This document shows positions 26,831 through 44,792 of a DNA stretch of 64,000 bases, piece after piece. The notes under the pieces are model-generated. The model was not told where the DNA came from and made no database searches. It worked only from the letters and a program-made list of their open reading frames with translations. Position 1 is the stretch's first letter. Every line of letters begins with the position of its first letter. Position numbers and translations under genes: made by a program. This DNA is from the human T2T-CHM13v2.0 reference genome, Homo sapiens, in assembly GCF_009914755.1 (NCBI RefSeq), contig NC_060928.1. One strand, written 5' to 3'.

Positions 26831-28495
26831 TTATATGGTTTGGATTTGTGTCCCCACCAAAATCTCATGTGGAATTGGAGGAGAGACCTGGTGGGAGGTG
26901 ATTTGATTATGAGGGCAAATTGCTATTCTCATGATAGTGACTGAGTTCTCACAAGATGGTTTAAAAGTGTATGGCACTTCCCTTTGCTTTCTCTCTTCTG
27001 CCACCATGTGAAGAAGGTGCCTACTTCCCCTTTGCCTTCTGCCATGATTGTAAGTTTCCTGAGGCTTCTCAGTCATGCTTCCTGTTAAACCTATGGAACT
27101 GTGAGTCAATTAAACCTCTTTTCTTCATAAATTACCAGTCTCTGGTAGTTCTTTATAGAGTGTGAAAATGGACAAATACAGAAAATTGGTACTAGGAAAG
27201 TGGGGTGTTTCTATAAAGATACCTGAAAATGTGGAAGTGGCTTTGGAACTGGTTAACAGGCAGAGTTTGAAACAGTTTGGAGGCCTCAGAAGAAGACAGG
27301 AAGATGTAGAAAAGCCGGGCACTTTCTAGAAAATTGTTGTATGATTTTGACCAAAATGCTGCTAGTGATATGGACAGTGAAGTACAGGCTGAGGTGATCT
27401 CGGATGGAAATGAGGAACTTACTGGGAACAGGAGTAAAGGTCACTCTTCCTATGCTAGCAAAGAGCCTGGCAGCTTTTGCCCCTTCCCTAGAGATCTTTG
27501 GAAATTTGAACTTGAGAGAGATGATTTAGGGTATTTAACAGAAGAAATTTCTAAGCAGCAAAGCATTCAAGAGGTGACCCAGCTGTTTCTAAAAGAGTAT
27601 ATTTGTATGTGTGAACAAAGAGATTATTTGAAACTGGAACTTATATTTAAAAGGGAAACAGCATAAAAGTTTGGAAAAATTGAACCTAGCCATATGGTAG
27701 AAAAGAAAAACCTATTTTCTAGGGAGAAATTCAAGTCTGCTGTAGAAATTTGCATAAGTAAAGAGGAGTCAAATGTTAATAGCCAAGAGAAAGGGGAAAA
27801 TCTCTCTAGGGCATTTCAGAGACCTTTATGGCAGCCCCTCCCATCACAGGCCTGGAGACCTAGGAGGAAAAAAATGGTGTTATGGGCCAGGCCCAGGGCT
27901 CAGGGGCTCTGTGCAACCTCAGAACAGGGCGCCCTGCATCTCAGTTGCTTTAGCTCCCATGACTAAAAGGGACCAAGGTACAGCTTGGGCCATGGCTTCA
28001 GAGAGTGCAAGCCCCAAGCCTTGGTGGCTTCCATGTGGTGTTGGGTCTGTGGGTGCACAAAAGGCCAGAGTTGAGGTTTGAGAACCTCCACCTAGATTTC
28101 AGAGGATGTAAGGAAATGCCTGGATGTCCAGGCAGTAGTCTGCTTCAAGAGTGGAGCCCTCATGGAGAACCTCTACTAGGGCAGTGCAGAGTGGAAATGT
28201 GGAAGTGATTGGAACATGGGGGCAGATTTCCACCTTGCTATTCTCGTGATAGTGAGTTCTTATGATATGTGATGGCTTAAAAGTGTACAGCACATCCCCC
28301 TTTGCTCACTCTCTCTCCTGTCACCATGTGTGGAAGGTGCTTGCTTCTCCTTCCCCTTCTGCTATGATTGTAAGTTTCGTGAGGCCTCCCTGTCATGCTG
28401 TTAAGCCTGTGGAACTGTGAGTCAATTAAACCTTTTTTCATAAATTACACAGTCTCAGGTACTATTTAACAGCAGTGTGAAAATGGACTAATACA
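26831..28495 (+). mobile_element. THE1D/MSTA-type MaLR element: 5' LTR 26831-27180, internal ~27181-28200, 5'-truncated 3' LTR to 28495
   Basis: Both LTRs end 'gtgtgaaaatggac(a/t)aataca'; the internal region begins 'gaaaattggtacta' with characteristic MaLR-int sequence. Confidence 0.92.
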
Positions 28496-30158
28496 GCTAG
28501 AATTTTATTTATTGATATGTATGTTGGTAGCTAGTAAACTAAATTCAACCAGCCATTATTAGGTATGAATGATATACATGGATATATCTTAGATACTGAA
28601 AGGGAAGTTAAAATTAAGAGGCTGCTTCAAGTTGATTAGAGTAAACTTGAAAAGCCTGATATGTAGAACTAGTGTTTTAATATGGCGCTGTCTTGGAATA
28701 GTAAACTAATATAGTCAATGTTGATTCATGGTCACTTTCTTGTCTTTGAGGGAAAAGGGTGTATTCGTATCTTTTTTATAGGGAACTGAAATAAACATTT
28801 CCAATTTTGAGTGCATTTTAGATTGAATCTTTAGAATGTTTTGATATAGAAATCTAAATTTTAAAAAACTTTATAAAACAAATGAGGTTTTATTTAATCA
28901 CACATTTATTGAAAAGATGCCTTCCTCAAATTCATTTATCATAATAAGGCATACATGATCATATTACTGTTTCAACAGTATTATTGCTGGTTTTGAGAGT
29001 TCTCATCTGCAAATGTATGTTTATGCACACATGTATGCATGCAAATATATAACCATACATACTCAAATATGTATCTATATTTATGTTTTTATCCATATCA
29101 AAGTCCATATCTATATCACTAACTATATCACCATCTATGTCTGATTATATACCTATCGAAAATAAGATTCTGCTGGTAGTAAAGTTTATCCTCACTTTTT
29201 TCACTGAACAATATGTCATAGGTTTTTTTGTCATTAGATCAGCAAAATGTATATGTATTTGTGTGTAAAATATATTATAGATAATGTAGATTTGGATAAT
29301 CATTTTATTAGTTTTACAGTATTTCCTGGTGTGGCATTTCATACTTATTTAACCAAGCCTGTATTATTGATTTTGTAGGTTATTTTAGATACTTTACTAT
29401 TATATATAATGCCTTTATGTATATCTTTGATTAATTGACTATTTTCTTAGTTCTCTTTCTGTAATTTTGATTTATTGATAAATCATAAATACTTACATTT
29501 AAAATGGTTCCACATAGTACTCAATTTTATCTCCAGAAATGCTGTACCAGTTTACACTCTTACCACAATTTTGCGATAAATATTATCATGATAACTAAAA
29601 TTTTGCCACTGTAATAAGTTAAATCTTGGTAGCTCTTTATTGTTTTCATTTTCCTTTTCTCAGTAGTGCCTCTTTTGATTTGAATAATGGCTTTTCTACT
29701 CAAGTTCTTCTGTGTATTTGGAATTGAATTAAATGAATTTCTTATTTTTCTACTGAAATAATTACTAATTCTCTTAATTGTGATAACTTTTAGTATAAGA
29801 GATATTTACCTACTGTCTATCATGAACACAACACTTTTTTTTTTACAAAATTTTGTTCTCTTTAACTTTTTAAAAAAAATTTGATTGATACTAGTTTTCT
29901 TATGGAAACAATGTTTATGTGGTTAAATCTAGCCTTTTTCCTTCATGATTTCTAATCCTAGTGTCATACTTAGAAACATCTTTGCTGTCTAATATAGATT
30001 ATAGACTTATATTTTATGTGTGATTTTTACATGTTTTACCATAAAATATCTATAGCACTTTCCTTTTAGGCATGACTTTTTCCCCAATAGCTCACCAACA
30101 GTGCTAACATAATTTCTCAAATTAAGTTTCCCTTCCACAGCTTTGAAGTGCCACATTT

Positions 30159-30464
30159 ACTTATTTACTTATTTATTTCTTATTTAAAATTTTTTCTTAG
30201 AGACAAGGTCTCGCTTTGTTGCTCTTGCTTGAGTGTAGTGGCAAGATCATAACTCACTGCAGTTTTAAACTCCTGGGCTCAAGTAATCCTCCCACCTCAG
30301 CCTCCTGAGTAGTTAGAACTACAGGCACATGGTACCACATTTAGCTAATTTTTAAAATTTTTTTGTTGAGACGAGGTGTCTGTATATTTCCCGGGTCCAC
30401 AACAATTCTCCCACCTCATTTCCCAAAGTGCTGCAATTACAGGCATAAGCCACTGTGCCTGACC
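30159..30464 (-). mobile_element. AluJ
   Basis: Antisense AluJ ('aactcctgggctcaagtaatcctcccacc'); TSD tgaagtgccacattt/tgaaatgtcacattt; lies in old L1-like sequence (~29200-30800). Confidence 0.9.
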
Positions 30465-31358
30465 TGAAATGTCACATTTTTGATTACCAGGTTTACATAT
30501 ATATGTATGTGTTAGCAGGTACATGTATATAAATTATATGACTATTTTAGAAATAATTCCCACAAATAAAGTGCAATAAAATTTATAAATAGACCTATAT
30601 ATGTGTGTATACAAAATATTTAAATATTAATACACAATTATATATAAATATATGTTGTATATCGTATATCAATGCATAGGCCATACAGTTTGGGTCTGAT
30701 TTTGAATTTTCTACTGTGTTTCACTGATTTATTCAGAGTCATTAATATAAGTCACTCTAAAAGGGCAGTTTTTATAGTGCATGAAATATTCCAATAAAAT
30801 ATAGTATATAAATTGTGGTATATAAATTTATATTTAATTTTTTAAATTTATATTTTATATTGTAGTATATAAATTTACATTTCTTGTTGCACACTCTTCA
30901 TCTGGCATCAATACTTCTACATGTCAATAGCATACCCAGTGTTGCCTCTCTTAAACATTTACTGATGGCATCACTGCTATGAAACCCCTTCATATGGCAG
31001 CCATTATTTGTAATCCATTTCTCATAACCTATTTAAAACAATCACCTGGAGTACATTTTGAATGTACTATGTTTAAATAACATATAGCACCCAAGTGCAT
31101 GAATATATAGAGGCAACAGTTACTTGAGAAAAAATAGATATATAGACATCAAAGGCAAAAGCTAGAACCGAGCCCTCAAAAGGGCATATAATGGAGAGTG
31201 AACCTTAATGCTTATCTTCAATCTGTATTCATGAGAAACTGAGAAACAGGAAGCTGCATCTGGCATTTGTTTGTGCTACTTCCAAAATAACTGGAATAAG
31301 TGTGACATTAGTAAAGAACTACAAACCTATTAAGGCTGAGTCTGCAAGTTGACAACCT

Positions 31359-34350
<2,992 letters not shown>

Positions 34351-35408
34351 TTTAAATTTTGCAATTTCTTTTTCCTCCTAGATAGGAGCTGAGCAACATA
34401 ACTGGAACAAGAAAACGATGACCATATTATGACCAACTAAATGTTATGCCATAAAACAAACCTATATTACAACAGCAGGTCTGCAAAGGTATTACAGTGC
34501 AAGACAAAACATTAATATTTGTACAGTGCAATGGTGTGATCACAAACTGCTCTTGACGGAAGAGGTCTGCATCATTTTAACTGTGGGTGAATTTATAATC
34601 AAAGGATTTGTTCTTTGTTTTTGTCTTTATTTTTTATTTATGCAGTTTAGCCCAAGATGTGTCTAGAAATGTCATTTTTTTAAATAGCCCACTGAATGTA
34701 TTAAACTGGGATCAGGCAATTTGGCCTATCGTATGTTGCATTTCTTCATCTGATTCCTAATATTTCATCAGTATAATGAGTCATATACAGGTGATGATTA
34801 TCACATAAAATTTACATTTACTAAAATATGAGCATAAGAAGGAGAATAGACACAGCCAGGAAGCACTGTCAGGATAGTATATGATGTTGTCACGTAAAAT
34901 TATTTACTAAAGTACTTCCTGAAAATTCAATCAGCAATTTGAAAATCAGTCATTTAAATTTCAACAAGATATCAGGGAGAACTGAGTTTCTTAAAGATGT
35001 GAAGCACAAGAGGGTGTCCCTAAACAAGATTAAGGTATTTCTATTAGAAAATTATAATAGAATATATTGTAAGCAAAAAATAATACATATAAATAGCTAT
35101 AGGAAAAAATCTAAATATATAGTAATCAATGATAACAGCAAAGGTGATTAAGTACAAATCATAGGAATACCTAATTTTAGTACATTTAGTTATTCAAAAT
35201 ACCCATATTTTGTTGAAGTTCCCTGAACATAAGTTTGGAAAGACAGATATAAAATACTAAGAAATGTATAAATTGGTTACTTTTTAAGGAAGGGGAAAAA
35301 TAAAGAGGCAACCTGATAACACCACAACATTCTGGAGCAATGAAAATGGCTGGGAATTCATGTAGGAATCATACGTTTCCATTATGTGATTAAAAATATG
35401 AAATACAT

Positions 35409-35530
35409 TACAGGCATGGTGGTTCATGCCTGTAATCCTAGCACTTTCGGAGGCCAAGGCGGGAGGATCACTGGAGCCCAGGAGTTTGAGACCAGCTTGG
35501 GCAACATGGAGAAAGCCTCTCTCAAAAATA
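35409..35530 (+). mobile_element. FLAM_C / free left Alu monomer
   Basis: Single monomer 'caggcatggtggttcatgcctgtaatcc...ggatcactggagcccagg...ctcaaaaa'. Confidence 0.85.
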
Positions 35531-37163
35531 TGTATATATATTTCATATGAAAATGAAAGAACATTAACAAAATTATACATTAAGCATGAATAGCTACTGG
35601 TTTAAGGCAGAAGCATATTAATATTTTAAATAACGTATTTTAATTTGCATGGCAAGAAAATCATCTTAATTATATATTTAAATTATTTTAAAATATAAAT
35701 GTATTTAAAAATCTAAATATATTTTGTAAATGTTTGTATAACATTAAATGTTCTAAATATAAAAATAATATTGTCTTTCTATATAAAGTTTAATTTCTTC
35801 CAGGAAGTAGTCTAAAGCATCTTCTAGAGGCACACACAGCTTTATAATTTTTTAATTTTGTGCTTTATCATACTTTTCATTTCATGACTTCTCTACCTGA
35901 CATCACACTCAAATATCTAGATTAGTGCTTTGCACTCTGTAATCCTTAACAAATACTTTTAGATCAATTTAATGGGTACTTTGCAAACACTGTAGCCTTT
36001 GTTCCCAAACTCAGATTATTACACCACCATAGAGAGTTTGTCTTTGTTTATATCAACCAAAATTCTATCAGTTCTGATAGAAAAAAGCATTAATATTCTC
36101 TCGGCTGGCATTATTTCCTGAAAGAATTGTCCTGAGGGATTTAGTAAGGTCAAATAGTAGAGATAATAATTTATTAACCTTTATGATTAGGTGTACACAT
36201 TAGCTGTAATTAAACTGTAGAAAATTAATACTATGATTTTTAAATGAGTAATATAATTATACATGAAGATCTATTTGCAATATATTCATATTTAGCATGT
36301 TAAGGGAAACATCGTGTCTGAAGCATTAGTTTTCTAGTTATTTCACTAACTTCCTCTATGATCAAAAATAACTATTTTTAAGAATAATCACTTATAATGT
36401 CAATTTTATTTCTGTGCAAGCTATTTTTGTTGTATATATATAATTATTTTGACTTTAAACTTGATTTTAAAGCAGTTTTAATTATTTTATTGTTATAAAC
36501 TTTATTCCTAAAGTTTATTCCTATAAACTTTATTCCTAACTGTTCTAAAATAAGATACCTATAAACACATGCACACAGAGTTGAGATTAACTGGCGAGTC
36601 ATGATTTATACCTCAATAGTAACCCACAGAAGTAACTGTGATTGGCCACTTTCATATTTTCAGCTCTGCTGTTTTTGACCTCCATTATTTCAAATAATAT
36701 GCATTTATTTCTGTCTAGTGAGTGATTTATCAAGTTGGCATTCTTATTGACTTCTTATTATAAAAAATAGCAAGAACAAATTTTCTCATACTGTTCTAGT
36801 ACCATGTATAGTATACCTATTTCCCTTTCCTATTTACTTAACAAAATTTTGACAGATTATGGGTATTTATTTAACTAAAAATATTCGGAAATTTTACTTC
36901 TTAAATATTAATAAAATGAACATTCTTCATATGGAATATACCAATATTGCTTGACATCCTGTCCATAATTTAAGATGTGCACATGAGAGTCCCTCTTCTG
37001 TCTCCTGCTACCTTCCAGTTCCTACCGTGTATTGTGGGAAATGACGAAAGTATTCAAGGTTATTCATTGAAGTTGTCAGTTGTAATGGTAAAGGCCTAGA
37101 AACAACCAAGGTGGCTCTCTCAAAGTTGAAATAAACTGTGATACTTATACAACATAGAGCACT

Positions 37164-37665
<502 letters not shown>

Positions 37666-37919
37666 TCATGGAAAAAGGCAGTAATGTATACTTGATTTTT
37701 TTTACAAGGATTTTCTGTAAAGGTCCCCCTCAAAACATAAACAGTGATTACCTACAAATAGCAGAAAAAAAAAAAACAGTGGAAATTTAGGGGCCAGTGA
37801 GTTTTTTTATCGTACATCTTTTTTATGTATATTTATTCTGAACCATGCAAATATATTAGCATCTGAAAAACTACTATAAATTAGTTATTAGTTAATTAGC
37901 CATAGTTAAAACATAGTTA

Positions 37920-38318
37920 AATAATTTGGTGTTCAATCAAATACTTTCTTATAAAGCTTCCTACTGTAGGTTGATCCCAAAAGTAGGGAAGAAATAAAAG
38001 TTGCCTTATTAAGACTATATGAATAATGTTCACTTCAGAACAAAGTAGTTACTGGTTGTACAGAAAGAGATATTGAATCCTACCTAATTGCCCATCATTC
38101 TTCCAAAAAGTTTATGATAATAATTAAAATAAATTATGTTTTTATTTTCATGACTTTTTCAAAATCATGCTACATAATAATTTGCTATTCATTTTGAACC
38201 ACAGTTTTCTTGTACAGATCTTTACTTTTTCCCAAAGAATATTATTGCCATTATTTTAGCTTTATGCTTTCACTATTACTCTAAGATTATTAGCCCTCTT
38301 CATCATATTTATTACATG
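37920..38318 (+). repeat. Direct repeat, copy A (~400 bp)
   Basis: Collinear with 44383-44792; 9 mismatches in the first 70 nt by manual alignment. Confidence 0.9.
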
Positions 38319-39675
38319 TGTAGGGGTGAAGGTTCACTGAAACTGAATAGACAAAAAGCAAATTAATAGGAAAATGCATACAAATTAATTTTAATGTGCA
38401 TAGCATAAGGAAATTACAGAAAAATGATTACCCAGTAACTCAATGTGGTACAGATGTGTATAACGCCTTCTTCATAGGGGAAGAAGAGTTAGGAGAAATG
38501 GGGCCGTCTGAGGGATAGTAAATGCTTTTTATGGGGAAAATGAATAGATTTAATGCTCAGACAATGGTTAATAAATAATTTCTTTGGAAATTAAATTGAA
38601 CAGAGAGTTTGATTTGGAACAAAGTCTGGGCTCTAGGTGTAGGGTTTAGTTTTCAATCTCCTCCTCTGGAATATGAGTTTTCATCTTTTCTGGTTAATGA
38701 AATTTCAGAGAAGGCAACTCTGTTTCTCTTTAGCATATCTGGTTTCTAGGAAAGTAAGGGAACTTGAGAGAACAGATTAATCCTGTGCTCGAGAGAGACA
38801 GGTGATTCAGAGATAACAGCAGGGTAGGGGAGAGGCCAGAGAGACCTTGCAACTATTTCTTTAACCAAATTTCTGAGTGAAATAGTCTCGTTTCCTTCAG
38901 TCCCCTGTTTAAAATTTTATTTTCAGAAAGTTGCACATATTAAAGTAGGGTTGGTAGCTATGGATAGAGAAATCAGGGTAGTAATCAAGTGGCGTGAGAC
39001 CTGCAAAAGAAGAAAAGAACATAGATTACACTGAGAATGAGTACATAGAAAAGAACTCATCTAAGCACTTTTCTCCACACCCAATTAAGTCAGTTTTATT
39101 TCTGAGAATAGACCAGTCCAATTAAACAGTTGAGTCTCATCTTAGGAGATGGTAGTGCAGATGGGTTCTCAAAGCTAGGTCTCTATATATGATGCAGGCA
39201 AACAAATCTTTATTAAGAGGCATTTCTATGGAAACAGAAAAAAAAAGACTAATGTCTGGAGTCATCTATAAACTAGTTTTTCAAGTCTGGAGGGCAGTCA
39301 GTTGCAAAGATTTTTTTATCTGAGCTGAAGCATCTTCAGTTGGAGGAGGGCAGACAGCGGCAATCTGACAGATTTTCCTAGCACAGAAGTGGTCCATGCA
39401 CAAGCCATCACGGTGACTTCTCTGGAGTCTATTTATTACATGGGTGACCAGTTTCAGTTTGCAGGGCTTTAGGAAAAAGGCCATTTTAATTTTAGTAATT
39501 CCAAGTCAGAAGGGTGGGAGAGAAATTGAAAATGTTTGTTTGGAGATTCATAGCCCAATATTGGAGGAAACTGAATATTCAGGATTAAGTCTAGGTAATT
39601 TAAAAGAAAAAAAAACTCAAAAGCAAATGAATCAGGCTAGAATTTAGTAACAAGTGCACTATAGTTTCTTTTCTT

Positions 39676-41100
39676 AGGTTCATTCTAAAATTAATTTATT
39701 TCTTTATTTATTTGTAATTATACTTTAAGTTCTGGGTTACATGTGAAGAAAGTGCAGGTTTGGTACATAGGTATACAAGTGCATGGTGGTTTTGCTGCAC
39801 CCATCAACCCATCATCTACATTAGGTATTTCTTCTAATGCTATCCTTCCCCTAGCCCCTGATTTCCCAAAAGGCCCCAGTGTGTAATGTTCCCCGCCCTG
39901 TGTCCATGTGTTCTCATTGTTCAGCTCCCACTTATGAACGAGAACATGAGGTGTTTAGTTTTCTGTTCCTGTGTTAGTTTGCTGAGAATGATGGTTTCCA
40001 GCTTCATCCATGTCCCTGCAAAGGATATGAACTCATCCTTTTTATGGCTGCATAGTATTCCATGATTTATATGTACCACATTTTCATTATCCAGTCTATC
40101 ACTGATGGGCATTTGGGTTGGTTCCAAGTCTTTGCTATTGTGAACGGTGCCACAATAAACATACGTGTGCATGTGTCTTTATAGTAGAATGATTAATAAT
40201 CCTTTGGATATATACCCAGTAATAAAATTGCTGGATCAAATGGTATTTCTGGTTCTAGATCCTTGAGGAATTGCCACACTGTCTTTCACAATGGTTGAAC
40301 TAATTTACACTCCCACTAACAGTGTAAAAGCGTTCCTATTTCTCCACATCCTCTCCAGCATCTGTTGTTTCCTGACTTTTTAATGATTGCCATTCTAACT
40401 GGCATGAGATAGTGTCTCATCGTGGTTTTGATTTACATTTCTCTAATGACCAGTTATGATAAGCATTTTTTCATATGTTTGTCGGCTGCATAAATGTCTT
40501 CTTTTGAGAAGTGTCTGTTCATATACTTTGCCCACTTTTTGATGGGGTTGTTTTTTTCTTGTAAATTTTTTTAAGTTCTTAAGGTTCTGGATATTGCCCT
40601 TTGTCAGATGGATCAATTGCAAAAATTTTCTCCCATTCTGTAGGTTGCCTGTTCAATCTGATGATAGTTTCTTTTGCTGTGCAGAAGCTCTTTAGTTTAA
40701 TTAGATCCCATTTGTCAATTTTGGCTTTTGTTGCAGTTGCTTTTGGTGTTTTAGTCATGAAGTCCTTGCCCATGCCTCTGTCCTGAATGGTATTGCCTAG
40801 ATTTTCTTCTAGGGTTTTTATGGTTTTAGGCCTCATGTTTAAGTCTTTAATCAATCTTGAGTTAACTTTTGTATAAAGTGTAACGAATGGGTCCAGTTTC
40901 AGTTTTCTGCTTATGGCTAGCCAGTTTTCCCCAACACCATTTATTAAACAGGGAATCTTTTGCCATTGCTTGTGTGTGTCAGGTTTGTCAAAGATCAGAT
41001 GTTGTAGACTTGTGGTGTAATTTTGAGGCTTCTGTTCTGTTCCATTGGTCTATATATCTATTTTGGTACTAGTACCATGCTGGTACCAAGGCTACAGTAA
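39676..41100 (-). mobile_element. L1PA (PA7-like), 5'-truncated ~1.4 kb, ORF2 C-terminal remnant plus 3'UTR
   Basis: ORF 40579-40854 ([13 protein letters not shown]...[18 protein letters not shown]) is the L1 ORF2 C-terminus; degenerate TSD actatagtttctttt/attacaagtttctttt. Confidence 0.95.
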
Positions 41101-42810
41101 TTACAAGTTTCTTTTTTTTCTGAAACAATTTTTCTCTCTCTGGTTTCCCCATTTTTACCAAAGATAAATTATTAATAAGACAAATTTATTTGCAAAATGT
41201 TTCATCCTTGGCCTAATTATTTGCATACATCTTACAAGACTGGTGATTGTTCATATAGAGTCTTTTTAAGCTGGCTTTGCTGGAACTTGTTCATCAGGAA
41301 TTTCAGATTAGACTTTTAAAAGTCTCTCAAAGCTGGAAAGCCAAGCCAAGAATTTGACTTGCTCTCAAACTTTGTAATACCTTTATGAATTGAGTGAATA
41401 CCTCTCTTCTTGAGATCCCCCAAAATATCTTCAGATTCCTGGGCCTGCCAGGAAGTGACATTCTTTACCCAACTCTAAGACAACCATGTGAGTCATACAT
41501 TTAAGGTATCAGACCAGTTTTTCCCAAGGAGATTTTTAATGGCTCCATAAATTTAACTTTAATTTCCAAAGGCAGTCTGGTCACATCTGATAACATGACG
41601 TTCCAGTCAAAGCCTTGGTAAAATAACCAGTGTTTTCAATTATGTCCTCTTATAATAATATAAAAGAGACTCTTATTAAACTTGTGTAAATAGCGTATTT
41701 CCATGAAATAAGAATACTCACAAACAGTTTCTGCTTCTGGAGGGATCAGGTAGAGTGAAAGGTAAATGTTTTAATTTTGCTCACAAAAGCATATTTTACA
41801 AAATTTCTGTAAAGCTATAGATAGCTGAAGAGAGAGACAGTGAGAGAGACAGAGAAAAGAATCGGGAACATTTTAAACAAAAAAGTCATAAATATAATTT
41901 CATTCCTTCATCAGTTTAGTTCCATTTCATTAATTATTGTTTTGTTTGATATTGGGTTAGTGATTTTATGAGTCTATGTTCTTAAAATTAAAGTTCTGGA
42001 AATTTTGACCCAGTCTAATGACATAACCTCATAATTGTCAAAAACCTGTATTTCTGTATTTGTTACAGATTTTTTTTTCTATCCTTACTATGAACCTCCT
42101 TGAAGACAAAATACTTCAGGATTTGCAAAAAGCATTCAGAAAAAAAGAAAGTACCACAATAACGCAATTACTTATGGACAAGACCTAAAATGGCCATGGT
42201 TAAACATGCAATTAAAAATCAAATTTGGTTATTTTAGGTGTCTTACCACAATTTTATATAATAATTATAATTACGACTAATAACATATACCAAGGCATAT
42301 CAAAATTTTAAGAATCTCAAACAAATTTGGAACACATATTAATAAACATTCATATAAATATAGCTCAAAGAAGAGTAAACATCATTTCTTATTTGACACT
42401 TCCTATATAATTTAATACATAAAATAAGCGTGTTTCTTATCTCTGTTTCACATGCTTCAGGGGCCTCTGGATCATGCTAAAGTTAGATTGATGTCAAAAA
42501 GACTTAATTTTGATTTTGAAATATGATTTTGGGAAGACTCTCAAAACTGTCAAAGGTTTAGAGCATTTGATCAAAATAAAATCACAGATCACTATAAAAT
42601 AATAGTCATTCATTTAGCCAAAATAATAAATAAAAGATTTCAAAACGCAAAAACTTTTACTCTTTGATAGAGTAAATTCAGTTTTTAAAATAATCAAAAG
42701 ATCTAATAAAAACAGCAAGAGACACACAGAATCTTTCTCTTTTTCTACCCCTACCTTTTTGTGAAGTTTACAACACTTTTTACTTTTATAATATTAAAAT
42801 TTTGTCTTGA

Positions 42811-43173
<363 letters not shown>

Positions 43174-43497
43174 ATAAAGTTAATTTTAATAAAACCTTGT
43201 AAACAAATCTGTCAATCTCAGTCAACTTTGACTACACACGATAAGATTTTCATCAACCTTTTATAGTCTCTTAAATTTTTTAATTCTTTTTCCCCCTACT
43301 GCTTATAATAATCTAATTTTATCTATACCATTGTATCTTTTTTTTATTTTGGAATAACTTTTAGATACTCTTTAACCTAAACAAAATTACTGTTATTTAA
43401 CAAAAACCACATCCTCATACCGTATAACATTTTACTTTTCTCATACACTCTGTATACAGAACTGTTTCTTACATACAGTAGTTTTAATTATATAGAT

Positions 43498-44063
43498 CTG
43501 GGGTCTTCAAACCCTGGGCCACAGACTGGTACCATGGCCTGTTAGGATCTGGGTGGGACGCAGAGCAGGAGGTGAGTAGCCCGCAAGGGAGCAAAGCTTC
43601 ATCTGTACTTACAGCCACTCCCCTTCACTCTCATCCTTCCCTGAGCTCTGCCTCCAGTCAGATTAGCATCAGCATTAGATTCTCATGGGAGCATGAAACC
43701 TATCGTGAACTGCACATGCGAAGAATTTAGCTTGCACTCTCCTTGTGAGAAGAATCTAGGTTGCACACTCCTTGTGAGAAGATTCCAGGTTGCAGGCTTC
43801 TTGAGAGAAGATCATGCCTGATGACGTATCACTGTCTCCCATCATCGTGAGACTGTTTAGTTGCAGGAAAACAAGGTCAGGACTCCCACTGATTCTGCAT
43901 TATGGTGAGTCGTATCATTATTTCATTATATATTACAATGTCATAATAGAAATAAAGTGCACAATAAATATAACCCACTTGAATCATCTCCACTGCCCCG
44001 GTCTGTGGAAAAATTGTCTTCCACAAAACCAGTCCCTGGTGCCAAAAAGGTTGGGGACCGCTG
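43498..44063 (+). mobile_element. MER1A (hAT-Charlie)
   Basis: Ends 'ctggggtcttcaaaccc' and 'ggttggggaccgctg'; 8-bp TSD atatagat/acatagat. Confidence 0.92.
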
Positions 44064-44382
44064 ACATAGATTAGTTAAAATTTTCGCTCATAGTAGCCTT
44101 AATTTCTAGTAAAACTGAGGAAGCAAATAATTCTAATTTTTAGACTTTATGTAAAACAATTTTTCAGTGTGGAACAGTACATATTTACTAACAAGCCCAG
44201 ATATATAAACTTAAACTTCTGTAGAATATGTTTCAGTATTTTAACTTACTTGGAAATGACTCAGACATTTCATGATTGTCTATCACTTAATTTACACGAC
44301 TTTAAGATTGTATAACACTGAAAAGATTTTTTTAAATAATAGAAATTACAATGATTATTAGATTTGTATTCCATTATGTAAT

Positions 44383-44792
44383 AATAATTTGGGGTTCAAT
44401 CAAGTACTTTCTTATAAAGTTTTCTACTCTAGGTTAATCTCAAAATTGGGGAAAAAACTTATCTTATTAAAAGTGCAAGAATAATGTTCATTTCAGAACA
44501 AAGTACTTAGTGATAACAGTCCTAAAGAAAGGGATATATAATCAAACCTAGTTAACCATTCTTCCAAATAAGTTTGAGATAACAATCCAAATAAATTATG
44601 TGTTTTTTTATATTTTCATAAATGTTTCAAAATCATGCTATTTATTAATTTGCTACCCATTTGAACCATGGTTTATTTGTATAGATTCTTATTCTCTTCA
44701 TTTATTTCCCAAGGAGTTTTATTGCCACATTTTAGCTTATGCTTTCACTATTACACTAAGATTATTAACATCTTAATCATATTTATCACCTG
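44383..44792 (+). repeat. Direct repeat, copy B (~410 bp)
   Basis: Shares ordered blocks with copy A: 'gttcaatcaa.tactttcttataaag', 'ttcagaacaaagta', 'ttcaaaatcatgcta', 'tatgctttcactattac.ctaagattatta'. Confidence 0.9.

Noticed and set aside
27334-28208. Cluster of overlapping 67-110 aa ORFs
   Set aside because: These are fragments of the MaLR internal region, broken by stops and frameshifts.
36496-36540. Short direct repeats ('aaactttattccta' about three times) considered as CRISPR-like
   Set aside because: There are no unique spacers and the context is a primate genome; this is a simple slippage repeat.
39921-40854. ORFs resembling a real protein
   Set aside because: They are remnants of a 5'-truncated L1 (ORF2 C-terminus and an alternative-frame read), so non-functional.
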